A stretch of 64,000 bases of DNA, taken from positions 682,001 through 746,000 of the forward strand of contig AP024666.1 in assembly GCA_024346625.1 (NCBI GenBank), in the 5' to 3' direction. Position numbers and translations under genes: made by a program. This DNA comes from Williopsis jadinii. Lineage: Eukaryota. The notes under the pieces are model-generated. The model made no database searches. It saw nothing but the letters and a program-made list of their open reading frames with translations, and was not told the origin of the DNA. Below, in pieces: positions 52,423-63,600 of the stretch (position 1 is the first letter of the stretch; the number at the start of each line of letters is the position of its first letter).

Positions 52423-53508
52423 TCACATTGGATCAAAAACTCTGATGTATTCGGCACCACCTTTACACTGAGCCACCGTCCATTGGTCTTCTCCAATAAG
52501 GTTACGTACTTCAATACCTGCATTGACCGTTTGTATGGCTCCATCGTGCTCCAATATCAACCCCACCGGTGGGTTGGACTTGGACATCCATTGCTTAACG
52601 TCGGCCAATATTTGATCCTGAGTTCTATTCATGCTAGGGTTAAGAAGTTGCCAATCAAAAGTGTCATGATCCCAAAGTGCAGCTTGTAAACCAAACTTTC
52701 TCAGAATATGCCTGATTCTATTGTCGATTCCTCCATAAGGAGGTCTAAACCACTTTGGTAAGTGGTTTCCAGTGGCATTCATGGCCCATATTGACCATTC
52801 TAATTGTGCAATAACTTGTTCATTTGTTAAACTTGGTAGGAATTTGTGGGACCATGTATGGCTGCCCAACAAGTGCCCTTTCTTCTGGATACTGTGGTAA
52901 ATTTCTGGGTATCTAACAACATTAACACCCAAAGTGAAGAAGCTTGACTTACTCTGCAAATGAGAGAGGAGCTTTGGAGTTGCCGGAGAAGGTCCATCAT
53001 CGAATGTCTGTGAGAGCTTTGGACACGTGAAAACATCATCTGGCTCAACGCACTTGTAACAGTCAAACGAGCACGTATCTCTGGTCAATGGGCAAACACC
53101 TTGCGGATAAGGAGAAATATCTGGGATCTCTTCCAATTTAATGAAATCCAATGGAATATAAGGTGGGTCCATTCCCGGCCACTCGCTTAATCCTGTAAAA
53201 TCCTTTAACCATTTGGGAACCGGTTGTTGAGCTTGGACATCTGGATTGAAACCTGTTGGTGTTGATGCTGTTATTGGGAAGTCATCCATCACGTTATCAT
53301 CTGACCCCGTCATAATCTGATCACGAGGAGCTAGCTTGACACGGTAAGGGTTCTTCTCAAATCCCAACGTATTCTTTGGCGTCTTTGCAATAGTAAACTG
53401 TGGTTTTGTAGCTGATTGCAATTTCAGAGTCGAAGCAGGTAACCTCAACGCCATAACGAACCAATTGAGTGTTAGAAGAGTAATAGCTACGTATTTGAAT
53501 GAAAGCAT
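52423..53508 (-). CDS. CDA2: chitin deacetylase (CE4/NodB), spore-wall type
   Basis: TFDDGP, HTWSH, FRPPYG, DTFDW, LEHD; signal peptide; near IMH1 and CDC25 as in S. cerevisiae (recalled). Confidence 0.9.
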   Translation of the reverse strand: MLSFKYVAITLLTLNWFVMALRLPASTLKLQSATKPQFTIAKTPKNTLGFEKNPYRVKLAPRDQIMTGSDDNVMDDFPITASTPTGFNPDVQAQQPVPKWLKDFTGLSEWPGMDPPYIPLDFIKLEEIPDISPYPQGVCPLTRDTCSFDCYKCVEPDDVFTCPKLSQTFDDGPSPATPKLLSHLQSKSSFFTLGVNVVRYPEIYHSIQKKGHLLGSHTWSHKFLPSLTNEQVIAQLEWSIWAMNATGNHLPKWFRPPYGGIDNRIRHILRKFGLQAALWDHDTFDWQLLNPSMNRTQDQILADVKQWMSKSNPPVGLILEHDGAIQTVNAGIEVRNLIGEDQWTVAQCKGGAEYIRVFDPM

Positions 53509-53595
53509 AGTTGCAGGTTGCTTAGCAAACAATTATCCTACAAGAGTTGTTCTGGAAGCGTAGATATACATATCAGCCTTTAAAATGTATATTTG

Positions 53596-53635
53596 TTTTG
53601 TGATTTCAGCTACATTTGTGAACTTTTACACAAAA
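53596..53635. promoter_or_regulatory. middle sporulation element cores (Ndt80) upstream of CDA
   Basis: TTTTGTG 53596-53602, ATTTGTG ~53614-53620, CACAAAA 53629-53635; CDA genes are sporulation-induced. Confidence 0.55.
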
Positions 53636-53758
53636 TCGTTACTAGGACTAAGGCTTGTCGTGAACTAATCGATACAGGTAGAAGGGGAATGGAAATGAGA
53701 AACCAAATTAACCTATGGAAACTACTAATATACTAAGCCAACTAATTGTAGATGTTTA

Positions 53759-54793
53759 TCAATCCTCCGTTCCAGCTCTGTGAACAGCTTTCACAGTGGA
53801 ATCAGATCTATCAACTCTATTATCAACGACATTTGATCTTTGGATAATCGTTGTGGGCTTATACAACGTCTCAAGTCTTGCGCTTCTTGGAATCGAATCC
53901 ATACTTCTATGGGAGATGTTCCACTCCTCATCCGTCAAGATTGAGGAGTGACGTCTTGTTCTCAGCGCATCCATTCCTGTTTGTGAATTAACGGTGGAAG
54001 AGTTGGTTAGAGCGTTAATCGTCTGTGAAAGAGCTCTATTGTCCTCTTTCAACTGGTGAATCTCACGCATCAACTTGAGCACAATAGCATCTTGCTCTCT
54101 CTCCATAACATCAAACACCTCCTGTGCGCTTGGTCTACGCTGTGGTGGTTGCTCACTGTGACGGCGCAACGCGCCGTTACCAAAACTGTCATAGCTTGAG
54201 GAGAAACTGCTCCGTGGAGAGCTGCGGGAGGAAGAGATCATGCCGGTACCCATAATTGGCGTTCTTGAAGAAATTGTAGAGCTATTTGGTGCCAACGACG
54301 AGGAGCCAAGATTTACCGATACTGATGTGGTTGATGGCGATACATGCTCACTAACGCTGCTCTGACATCCGCTTGTGCCAGTTCCGGTACTGCACCCGCC
54401 AGTGGTGCCAGAATAACCATACGTCCCAAAACTGTAAGCTAGATATGGTTCTTCTGCAGATGTCAAAGAGGAACGTCTATTGTATGATGTCAGTGAACGA
54501 TTGCGCTTGTGAGCCGCTGTGGATGCCAGCTGAACTGGATTGTGTAACTGCGGTACTTGTAACGTTCCCGTTGTTGTAGTGTTTGACGATGCTACCGCTG
54601 TGCGAAGCCTCTGAGTGGCGCGGCTCGACCTCAACGGGGAACGTGAGTGGTTCTTCCCATAAGAACCGTTCACAGCGTTGTTGCTTGGTGGCACAAGCAA
54701 CTGTGAATCATCATCTGCTACCATTGTAGTATTGGACTTGTCTGTGTGCTCAAAGCGTCCTTTCCTCTGCTGCTCTGTGTGATCTGCAACCAT
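53759..54793 (-). CDS. hypothetical Ser/Arg-rich protein with short coiled coil
   Basis: 344-aa ATG ORF; MEREQDAIVLKLMREIHQLKEDNRAL heptads. Confidence 0.75.
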   Translation of the reverse strand: MVADHTEQQRKGRFEHTDKSNTTMVADDDSQLLVPPSNNAVNGSYGKNHSRSPLRSSRATQRLRTAVASSNTTTTGTLQVPQLHNPVQLASTAAHKRNRSLTSYNRRSSLTSAEEPYLAYSFGTYGYSGTTGGCSTGTGTSGCQSSVSEHVSPSTTSVSVNLGSSSLAPNSSTISSRTPIMGTGMISSSRSSPRSSFSSSYDSFGNGALRRHSEQPPQRRPSAQEVFDVMEREQDAIVLKLMREIHQLKEDNRALSQTINALTNSSTVNSQTGMDALRTRRHSSILTDEEWNISHRSMDSIPRSARLETLYKPTTIIQRSNVVDNRVDRSDSTVKAVHRAGTED

Positions 54794-55858
54794 TGGAGCA
54801 ATTAGTTAGACAAAAAAAGAACCTGATCTGTAAAAAGACTTTGATAGAATTTGTTGGTGCAATAATATATCAACTTTGATCGGTTTATAACTGTTAAAAC
54901 CACCTGAAGAGAAGTATCAATGGAAGAGTCAAACTATGAGCTGAGAGGTCTGTTCTTAAAGCTTTCTTTTCTGGCTCCGTTTATCACGAAGAGACAAAAT
55001 GAAAACTTTTTTCAACCCCACGGGCTTCCTTATAAATGTTGTAGTGTTGTTGTTTTTTGCCCTTATCTTGTCACAAAAATCGAGTTCTTTTGCATCAGCA
55101 GCGCGCCTTGCGTGAGTTATTGCGATCTTATTGGGGGGGGGGGGCACTGATTATTTTTTACCACAATTTTGTCCGTGTAGAAAGAAATCAGCTGTGTATG
55201 AGGCAGTTACTCCTTTTCTTCCAAGAGAGTAAAAAGTAGCTGCACTCTCTTCCCCTTTTTATAATTCGTTCGGCGTGCTGTTCCCAGGCTTTTCTAATTG
55301 AGTTGAAACCTTTCGTTTAAGTATTGCCAATTCCTCGGGCACGACTCCTCCTCCCAAAGAAGCCCATCCCAACAATTCAATGGCCGTCAGACACGTCATA
55401 CAACTTCTAAGTCATACGGAAATGGTGTAGCCCTGTCACGATTTGTTGTAAGGCCGTGCGGTGTGTAGTTGTCATGTTTCATATTTCCTCCGGCTTTGTT
55501 CAATTCAGCCGAGTGTCCGCCACTACTCGTCCCAGTCGTGGCGGCACCGCGCTGGTGGGCGAAGCCTTTCAGCCTTGTTTGACGGATATGTCCTTGATGT
55601 GGGTGCTTTTGGCAAGAGTTGGAACAAGCATTTGGATCTGCTCGTATACGCACAAGAGTACTCCTATAGCGATGCACCGCCCAAAGTGATTGAATCTCAT
55701 CGCTATTAATATCGTTGCTTGAACGCGCTTTGAGGATATAACAGGGATAGCAAAGTCTAGAATCTAAGGTGAAATGATTGTTATATCTGGCTTTGTCTTA
55801 TTTAATAGGAGTAATATATTATTCTAGAGGAATACATTGGACAGGATTCCAAAAGGCG

Positions 55859-58800
55859 TCACTTTAGGGCAACAAGTAATCTCTTTTCATCCGTCTTACT
55901 CAATTGTAAAAGCATGGAGATGACAGGCAATAACTGTTGACGTTGGTCACGGTGCTCTAAAAACCCCAACAGTACGTTTCTCACATAGGCAATCTTCTCG
56001 CTTATATCTCCCGCAGAACCTTCCGTTGGGGATAACGGGAATGCATTCGAACTGTAACCACCTCCAATACCAGGATCGCCGTGAATGTTGGATACGATGG
56101 AATTGGATCTTGAAGACACTGGTGATGAATTTGCTGAATTCTTCGCCTTTTGGTCTTTCAGCTGAGTTGAAACTAGTTTGTAGTTCTTTGATAAACGATC
56201 AATCTTTGCAGTGAGCTCCTCGTTTAACCTCTTTAACACGTTGTTCAGGTTCTCATAATCACGTACCTTTTTCTCAGAGGTACTCAGCGATTCTCTCATT
56301 TTGACAACGACATGTGAAAGCTCATCAGAGCTGGAATGTGACTGTTGGGTCTTCTTTTCCAATGAGCTCTTAGCTTCCCTCAAATCCTGAATCTCATGGT
56401 TGAGTAGACTTTCCTTCGTGTTCCAATCACGAACAAGTTTCTCCAGCTCTTCATTCTTCAACAAGACATCATCGAGCTGTCTCTGCTTTTTGGAAAGTGC
56501 AATTGCATTATCTGATTGTAAACGGTCTTTTTCCTCTGTCAATGTGCGTACCTTTGTGCTTAAAGAATCAACCTTGTTGTCCTCATTCTCTTCTTTCTCT
56601 AACAATAGCCTTCTGATGGTTCCAGCTTCACGTGTTCTCTCTTGTAACAGAGCCCGATTTTCTGACAATTCGTCTTCAAGTTCGCTTACTCTTCTCTGTG
56701 ACTCCTTATACGAAATGTTCAACTCTTCACATTGCTGCTTGATAGCACCAAGTTGTTCATTTGAGGAAGACTTGACACTTTGTAAATCATCAAACTTGTC
56801 CTGAAGGATGTTTATCTTCTCAACAAGTGTCTTGTTCTCATCGTTGCTATCTTTCTGTTTTGTTTCAAGGGTAGCTATACGTTCTTTCAAGCTTGCCTTT
56901 TCTTTGTTGAGACGACTCAGTTGGTCATTCAAAGAAGTCACTTGTGCATTGATGTCACGATTAGAGCTCTTAAGCTTGTTGTTCTCATCCAATAAATTCG
57001 TTTTCAGGATTTCATAGTCCTTCACCTGCTTTTCGAAGTATACTATTGTCTTATCGCGATGCGTTAACGTCGTTTGGACTTGAGAAAGCTCCTTTTGTAA
57101 AGAAGCTTCGCTCTTCTTCAACTTACTCATATCAGAAAGTTCATGTTCGAGTTTACCCTTCTGTTCAATCAGTTTGGTTCTCTCCTGCTGGATGCTAGAA
57201 ATATCCCTCTCCAAAGTAGTTTTAACCCTTGACAGTGTGTTCACCTCATTGAGGTGCTTCTTAGACTCTTCTCTAGCTGATTTTAACGATTTTTCCAAAT
57301 CAGTTATATGAGACTTCAAGTCTTTGGTTACTTTGTCTTTCTCGTCCACCAAACTCTTTAACTTCTCAATTTCAGAAGCAAGTGTCGCTTCTTTGGCTAT
57401 AGCATCGGTTGTCTTCTGTTTGAGCTCAGCCAACTCATCATTGAGAGATTTCATTTGAGCTTCCAGGTCTTTCTTCTCGCCTTCTAAGAGACCAATAAGC
57501 CTTGTATTCTCTGATTTTTCTTTTTCATATTCGGTGACTGCTTCTTCGTGTTGAGTACGTAACACCTCCAATTCAGCTTTTTGGTCTTCAATGGCCTTTT
57601 GTTCAACAGTTACCGCTTGTTCATTCTTTGACTTCAGTTCATTGTGAAGTTTGTTCAGATCATCATGTTTAGAAGTCAACTCTTTCAGTTCATCTCGAGC
57701 TGTAACGAGATCATCTCCAACATCTTTAAGCATGTCTCTCAAATTCTCAATCTCCTCTACTTTTGATCTCAACTCTTGTGACTTTGATGTTTCGAGCTCC
57801 TGCAATGATTTTTCAAGATTTGAATGTTTCTCTTTTAAAACTTTGAGCTCTTCTTGGTCGTCTTGCAATGAATCTTGTTCAACAACTAAATGCTCTGAAT
57901 CCTTAACAGGGACTTCGGTGGAATTATCTGGTTTGCCATTCTTCTTCTTGTTCTTCTTTTTATTCTTCCCAGTCTTCACAGCAGGTTTGGTATCGATGAT
58001 AGGTTCTTCTACCGATTGATTGGTGGTTTTCTGGGTCATCTCATCTTGAAGCTTTTTAATGTTACTCTCCTTCTCTAAGATTTCCTTTTCTAAAGCCTCG
58101 ACTTTAGTAATTATATCTCCCATTTCAGAGGTTCTAGTCTCCAGGTCTTGTCTCAATGATGTAATCTCCTGTTCATGAGTCGATTTCAACTTCTCAGAAC
58201 AAGACTTGTACTCTTCTAATGTCTTGTTTAGCAGCTTTACCTCCTCTTGGGACGATTGAAGTCTATCCTTTGTCGACTTTAGTTCCTCTTTGAAATTCTC
58301 CAAATCATGCTTGTCTTTGGAAGAAGTCTCCTTATCCTTCTGCAAAGAATCAACCTGTTCGGTAACTTCTGATAATTTCTTCTTCAAGGAATCTGCTTCA
58401 CCAGTCGTACCTTTCAAAGAATCCTCGGAAATTGTCAACTTCGCAAAGAGGTCTTTGTTCTCAATCTGGAGCTTCTTGATCTCATCTTCAGCTTCGGAAA
58501 GCTTTGATGTCAGAGAATCCACCTCCACTACCAACTCCTCGTTCTTTGGATCACTTGTTTCATTATCCTTCAAAGTCTCGGCTTCGGCTGTTGCCGCGGA
58601 GTCTGCATTGACACTTTGTGAGTCCTTCAGCTGCTTCTCCAGATCACCAATCTTGGCCTCCAATTCCTTAACATGTGTGTCAGATTCCTTCTTGAGTTTA
58701 CGCATTTCATCACCAAGCATTGAGTTTTTCAAATTGAGACTGTTCAAGTATTCAACAAGGGCGTCTCCCTCGTGGATGCTGGAACAGGGTGTATTCTCCT

Positions 58801-59089
58801 GTAGCTCCTTTTCAAAGCGGGAAACTTGTTCAGCGTAAGCTTTCAACCTTTTGTACTCTTTCAATAGCAATGGATACTTCTGCTCATACTTGGCAAACTT
58901 CCGTAACTTGGCCTTTACGTCTGGGGGCAAAGCAGCGTGCGCCTCATGCTCGGTCTCTGGTGCATCATCGCCCTTTGTGATGTCCACATCTTCTTCTTCA
59001 ACTCTTTTGCCAGGCTGTACCTCGGGTTCGAGGTTTTTCGCAATCTCATCACTCAAGTTCTTACCGATCTGTGAGATCCGTGACAACAT
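55859..59089 (-). CDS. IMH1: GRIP-domain golgin Imh1
   Basis: KLRKFAKYEQKYPLLL N-terminal motif, long coiled coil, C-terminal GRIP AYVRNVLLGFLEHRDQRQQLLPVISMLL. Confidence 0.93.
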   Translation of the reverse strand: MLSRISQIGKNLSDEIAKNLEPEVQPGKRVEEEDVDITKGDDAPETEHEAHAALPPDVKAKLRKFAKYEQKYPLLLKEYKRLKAYAEQVSRFEKELQENTPCSSIHEGDALVEYLNSLNLKNSMLGDEMRKLKKESDTHVKELEAKIGDLEKQLKDSQSVNADSAATAEAETLKDNETSDPKNEELVVEVDSLTSKLSEAEDEIKKLQIENKDLFAKLTISEDSLKGTTGEADSLKKKLSEVTEQVDSLQKDKETSSKDKHDLENFKEELKSTKDRLQSSQEEVKLLNKTLEEYKSCSEKLKSTHEQEITSLRQDLETRTSEMGDIITKVEALEKEILEKESNIKKLQDEMTQKTTNQSVEEPIIDTKPAVKTGKNKKKNKKKNGKPDNSTEVPVKDSEHLVVEQDSLQDDQEELKVLKEKHSNLEKSLQELETSKSQELRSKVEEIENLRDMLKDVGDDLVTARDELKELTSKHDDLNKLHNELKSKNEQAVTVEQKAIEDQKAELEVLRTQHEEAVTEYEKEKSENTRLIGLLEGEKKDLEAQMKSLNDELAELKQKTTDAIAKEATLASEIEKLKSLVDEKDKVTKDLKSHITDLEKSLKSAREESKKHLNEVNTLSRVKTTLERDISSIQQERTKLIEQKGKLEHELSDMSKLKKSEASLQKELSQVQTTLTHRDKTIVYFEKQVKDYEILKTNLLDENNKLKSSNRDINAQVTSLNDQLSRLNKEKASLKERIATLETKQKDSNDENKTLVEKINILQDKFDDLQSVKSSSNEQLGAIKQQCEELNISYKESQRRVSELEDELSENRALLQERTREAGTIRRLLLEKEENEDNKVDSLSTKVRTLTEEKDRLQSDNAIALSKKQRQLDDVLLKNEELEKLVRDWNTKESLLNHEIQDLREAKSSLEKKTQQSHSSSDELSHVVVKMRESLSTSEKKVRDYENLNNVLKRLNEELTAKIDRLSKNYKLVSTQLKDQKAKNSANSSPVSSRSNSIVSNIHGDPGIGGGYSSNAFPLSPTEGSAGDISEKIAYVRNVLLGFLEHRDQRQQLLPVISMLLQLSKTDEKRLLVALK

Positions 59090-59201
59090 TTTGAAGTGCA
59101 ATGAGTTATGGTGTGCCGAACAATACCACAAGGACTATTTCCGTTTGGTTCACTCTGTGAGTGGAAAAAAGGTCTATCCTATCGGCCCAAAGTGGACAGT
59201 A

Positions 59202-59217
59202 TGTGTGTGTGTGTGTG
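59202..59217. repeat. (TG)8 microsatellite
   Basis: tgtgtgtgtgtgtgtg in the IMH1 upstream region. Confidence 0.8.
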
Positions 59218-60625
59218 TTTTCGCGAATTTGTTGATCTTAGAAAACCGCTCACAGTGCAATCCGTAAAAGGCAGCAAGTGGACCAATGTGCTCAATTGGG
59301 TATGGCATAGATCAGAGATGTCAGTATGACCCTTGTGTAGTGTTTTGAATTCCGAATCTTTCCGAGGATTGGTAACAGTTAATGTGTCATTGTTACATCT
59401 TCTCGGGCAGTGGATGAAGTCTACTCTTAGACAATGAGACATGCATCTCCTGTTAATAGATGGATCAGTACTTCTCAACAGCAAGCCCATAGGTGAATAT
59501 TCAGCTTGAGCTGTAGTCATTACTGAAATGAACAACGATACAGTTGATGGATATCAGACGTGTCTGGGTTTAGCATGTCACAATCACAGCACTGGAGAAC
59601 ATCAGCTTGTACTTTGTAATATAGCCATTTAACCAATGAACGATCTACAGATAAGCTGTACCCTGAAGATGAATTTTGTAACTATCTGCACAATGAACAA
59701 GTTATTGCTTATATTTACAATTGATTATACCATAAGTTTCAAATTCTTTTAGAATTGATTTTCTTCGATTAATTAAAAATTATATAGGTTCATTTTAATA
59801 CAGAGAATTTACTCAGTGGGGATTTTATTAGAATAATACTTATAAAAATAGCAACCCCCTTCACATTTCCTCAAATTATACCACAATGTAGCTCTTACCC
59901 GAATTAAGAGATATACAAAGTATGATCATGTTACCTTCAATACTTTCTGAGATATAACCATTCATTGTTTGTATGGTAGAATCAAGAAAAATACATAAAT
60001 TTGTTTATATCTGAGCAACAAAACAACAATTGGGAAAACTGACTAGGGAAACAAAAGAACATATCCATATCATCATATATGCTAACTTTCAGCTTGATTG
60101 AATCAATGGTTGTTTTACAATAAATCACAACGTTTTGCATTACATATGTAATTCTGGGTCTTCGTTGCCTCAGTAATCATAAAAATGTTAGGATGTTTTC
60201 AAGTTCCCCCTGCATTGTTTACATTTTGAATTCTTATCAACACAAAAATGACACAAAACCAGTACAGCTTTAGATACAACGTTTAAAACATCATCAAGCA
60301 ATGGCCAAGAACAAAAGATTGAACAATAAAAGCAGAAATCCCAGAGGGCATCCAAGAAAGATTCGGAGGACTCTTACTGGGGCCATATACATCATAATGT
60401 TAGTGAAAGATATATTGTGACGTCGATATAACTGAAAACATTAAGCTGAACCGCGAAGAGAACAACCGCAACATTAACGGTGTGCGCAACCTCCTCATCA
60501 AGTATCTTGTCGCATCTCAATAGACACAAACAAGGAGTGCGTTCATGCTCCTCTAAAGAAATCACCACCTCTGTTCTGTCTCTAAGAAGCACAGAAAGGT
60601 ATGATCATGAACGGTATATATGGGC

Positions 60626-63600
60626 TCATCCCATATATGGAAGAATAGACAACCGTTGAGGTCTAGTAGCCGCCATTGTCTGCTTCTTTGCCACTTTAAC
60701 ACGAGGCTCAATCACAAGAGAACGACTGTACTGTTCATCAATACTTTCAAGATCAGACAAGCGGTACGTGATAAAGTCTTGAATATCATCATTGACCTTC
60801 AAATTGTATTTCACGTTTTGATAACGGGACATTTCCCTCAAAATGCTCAACGTTTTTGATCTTTTGGCAAAGTTGACTAACTTTGCATCCCCATGAAGAT
60901 GATCAGAGTTACCATTTGTAGTGAAAGTTAAATCGGAAAGGAAGACACCCAAAAATGGAACACAAGGCTTGTCAGATATAAAGCGTAAATGCTCTCTGTA
61001 CTCACTAAAGTTTCTTGAAGAATTCATCAAATCGTTCAGCTTATTCATAATGTTCATAGAGCCTGCCGGTACGAGATCCCAAGTCTTCGATAGACGGTGG
61101 ACTGGAGATGAGTACAACGCAGAAACAATTGCCGTCATCGATGAATAGTTGTTTAACTGATCACATTTTTCTGCCACCTGAACCCAATATTTGATTACGT
61201 TTACTCTCTTCTTGATATCCGTCTGTGATACAATAGTATATGACACGAAATTTGTCAAATCGTTTGAATTCGAAATGAACTCCTGTAAATGTTGAAAGCC
61301 CCCTAGGGAGCCGTACTTGTTATTCCAGCACTTATCCAGGCATTCGATTTGACTGATTTGGTTATAAAGTCTCGATTCCTTTATAGTTAGTTGATTTGCA
61401 AGCTCCGCAGGGTCAATATCAAGGAGTTTCATCTTCTTAGATTTAGAAGATATCGATTTTGGCTTCGCCTGGAAATTTTGTGATGAAAGATCAGCACCAA
61501 GCACTTTATCTTTGAAGAGTCTTGCTAATTGTTCACTACCCGGAAACTGTTCCTGAAGCAGACCATCAATGAATTTGCCCCATATTGATGGAAGCTGAGG
61601 TTCGTCATAGGCAGGAGTCCAATACTTATTCAGTAGAGACTTCATTATATTGACCACTCTCAGTTTAATTGGATAAGATTTCACTTCGAGCCAATGTGAG
61701 TAGTCCTCATATGATAGATTCTCTGGAGGTTCAATGTTGAACCTTTTAACAAGCATCGTTATAAGCTCAGTGGCTGTCATCATACTTCTGAAAGTGGTCA
61801 AGAAAGTCAAGTTGAATGTAGCATCCAATAGTTCATGATGAGTCAGTCTTTGGACCAATGCTTCACGAGTCCCTCCTTTAACGGTGTCTTTATCAGAAAA
61901 TATTAAGTTGAATTCTTCCGATTCCAAATACCAAGGCTCATTCCTACGTTCATGTCTTCCAGTTGCAGAAGCCGGTAAAGCATATTCATCAGTTACTGTA
62001 GAATCTTCACGATCTGCTGGAATATAATCATATGCGGTATCATCACCTAAGAGACGCGATGCGTAGTTGATGTAAGCCTCTCTTTCAGAAACCAGCTGAG
62101 ACACAAGGGCTGTAAGAACATCCAAAGCATCAATTGCATTGGCAAGACTTTCAGAAAGTTTGTCATCATTATTCACAGAGATACCATCATCGAAGTCAAC
62201 ATCCAACTTTTGCAATTCCACCTGGATCTGTTTTGCAGCTTTCTCGTGCTCTGTAGTGGTCTTTGGGGCTTCCCGATCATCCTCTCGAACAGATCTGAAC
62301 ATTGATGCATCCGTCAAGGTTATATTTTGTGCCTCCATCACGACTGTTATTAAAGCATCACGAGTAGCTTGCTTTGCCTCGAAGAATTCAGAAAGTAATG
62401 GATAAATCATACGAGCTGTATCAAAATCACCAGTCATAGAATCTCTTCTGTTTTTCAAAAACACCGAGAAATCCAAACCTTCAATTTTATCGATCATACT
62501 GGAAGTAATAGATAATGATTTGTGCAGTTTCTCCAAGATTTCAATGTTTCTCTTTTCGCTTTTTGGGGACTTCAGCATCTCCAAAAGGTCCTCACCGCAG
62601 TCAATGAGTTCCATCTTTCTTGCCTCTAGAAGTTCATAGTTATCCTGATCCAAGATAGTTTTGATACGTTTCTTTTGTGTTGTTGTACCTGACATTTGCT
62701 TTCCAGCAAATGGGTCTTTTGGTTCAGGAACGAATGGATTTCTCCAATTTCCACCTGAAAAGAACCCTGTAAGGAAACGTGGGTAAACTTGTGGAAGATA
62801 GTAGTGTTCGTTAAAGTTATTCGAAGAAATTTGCATAAAAACTTTGATACATTTAATAGCATTTCTTTTGAGATTCTCCACTTCAATTTCAACTTGATCT
62901 AGGTAAACCGAAGCGTTACCTGAGCTTGAACGTCTTAGAGTCGACTCTGTTCCATCAGTATGCTCACTGCTTTGGGTTGAAGTTGAAGTCTGTCGATCCT
63001 TTGCATCTTCTGATAAGAATAAGTTCCCATTAATACCAACCTGGGCTATGGATGAAGCTATACTCTTGAGCCTTTTCTGCACTCTTCTTTGGGATCCGGA
63101 TTTTTGTAAATCATGCTGTGCAAGTCTTGCTGATAGATTGATAAGAGCCCCAATCCTTGAAGCAATGTTGAAATGCGCATGGAACAGAGAGTCTGACTTC
63201 TTCTTCAACGACTCCAAAGCCAGCTGCAAGAAATGGACGAAGGCGTCTCTCAGAGCAGGCCAGGTAGTTATATCCGGAGGGTCATAGTAGAACAGGTCAG
63301 GTATACAGTATAATGCGGAATTCCAGGGATGGACCGTATTTGTTGAAGGAAGAGATGACCCAACACTTACATTCTCCTTTGAGCTGTTTTTAAGTTCAGA
63401 TGTTGGAACCGAACCAGGTACAGAGCCTGACACAGAGCCTGACACGGAGCCTGAAATGGAACCGGAACCGGATATGGTTCTAGTCATTGATGATCTAGAT
63501 TTAACGGTGCCAACATCAACGTGAGCTTTGTGTAAGTTTACAACAGCAAGTGTCCGTGGGTTTTGTTCTTTAGTCGGCACTTTGATAACTGAACCTTCAT

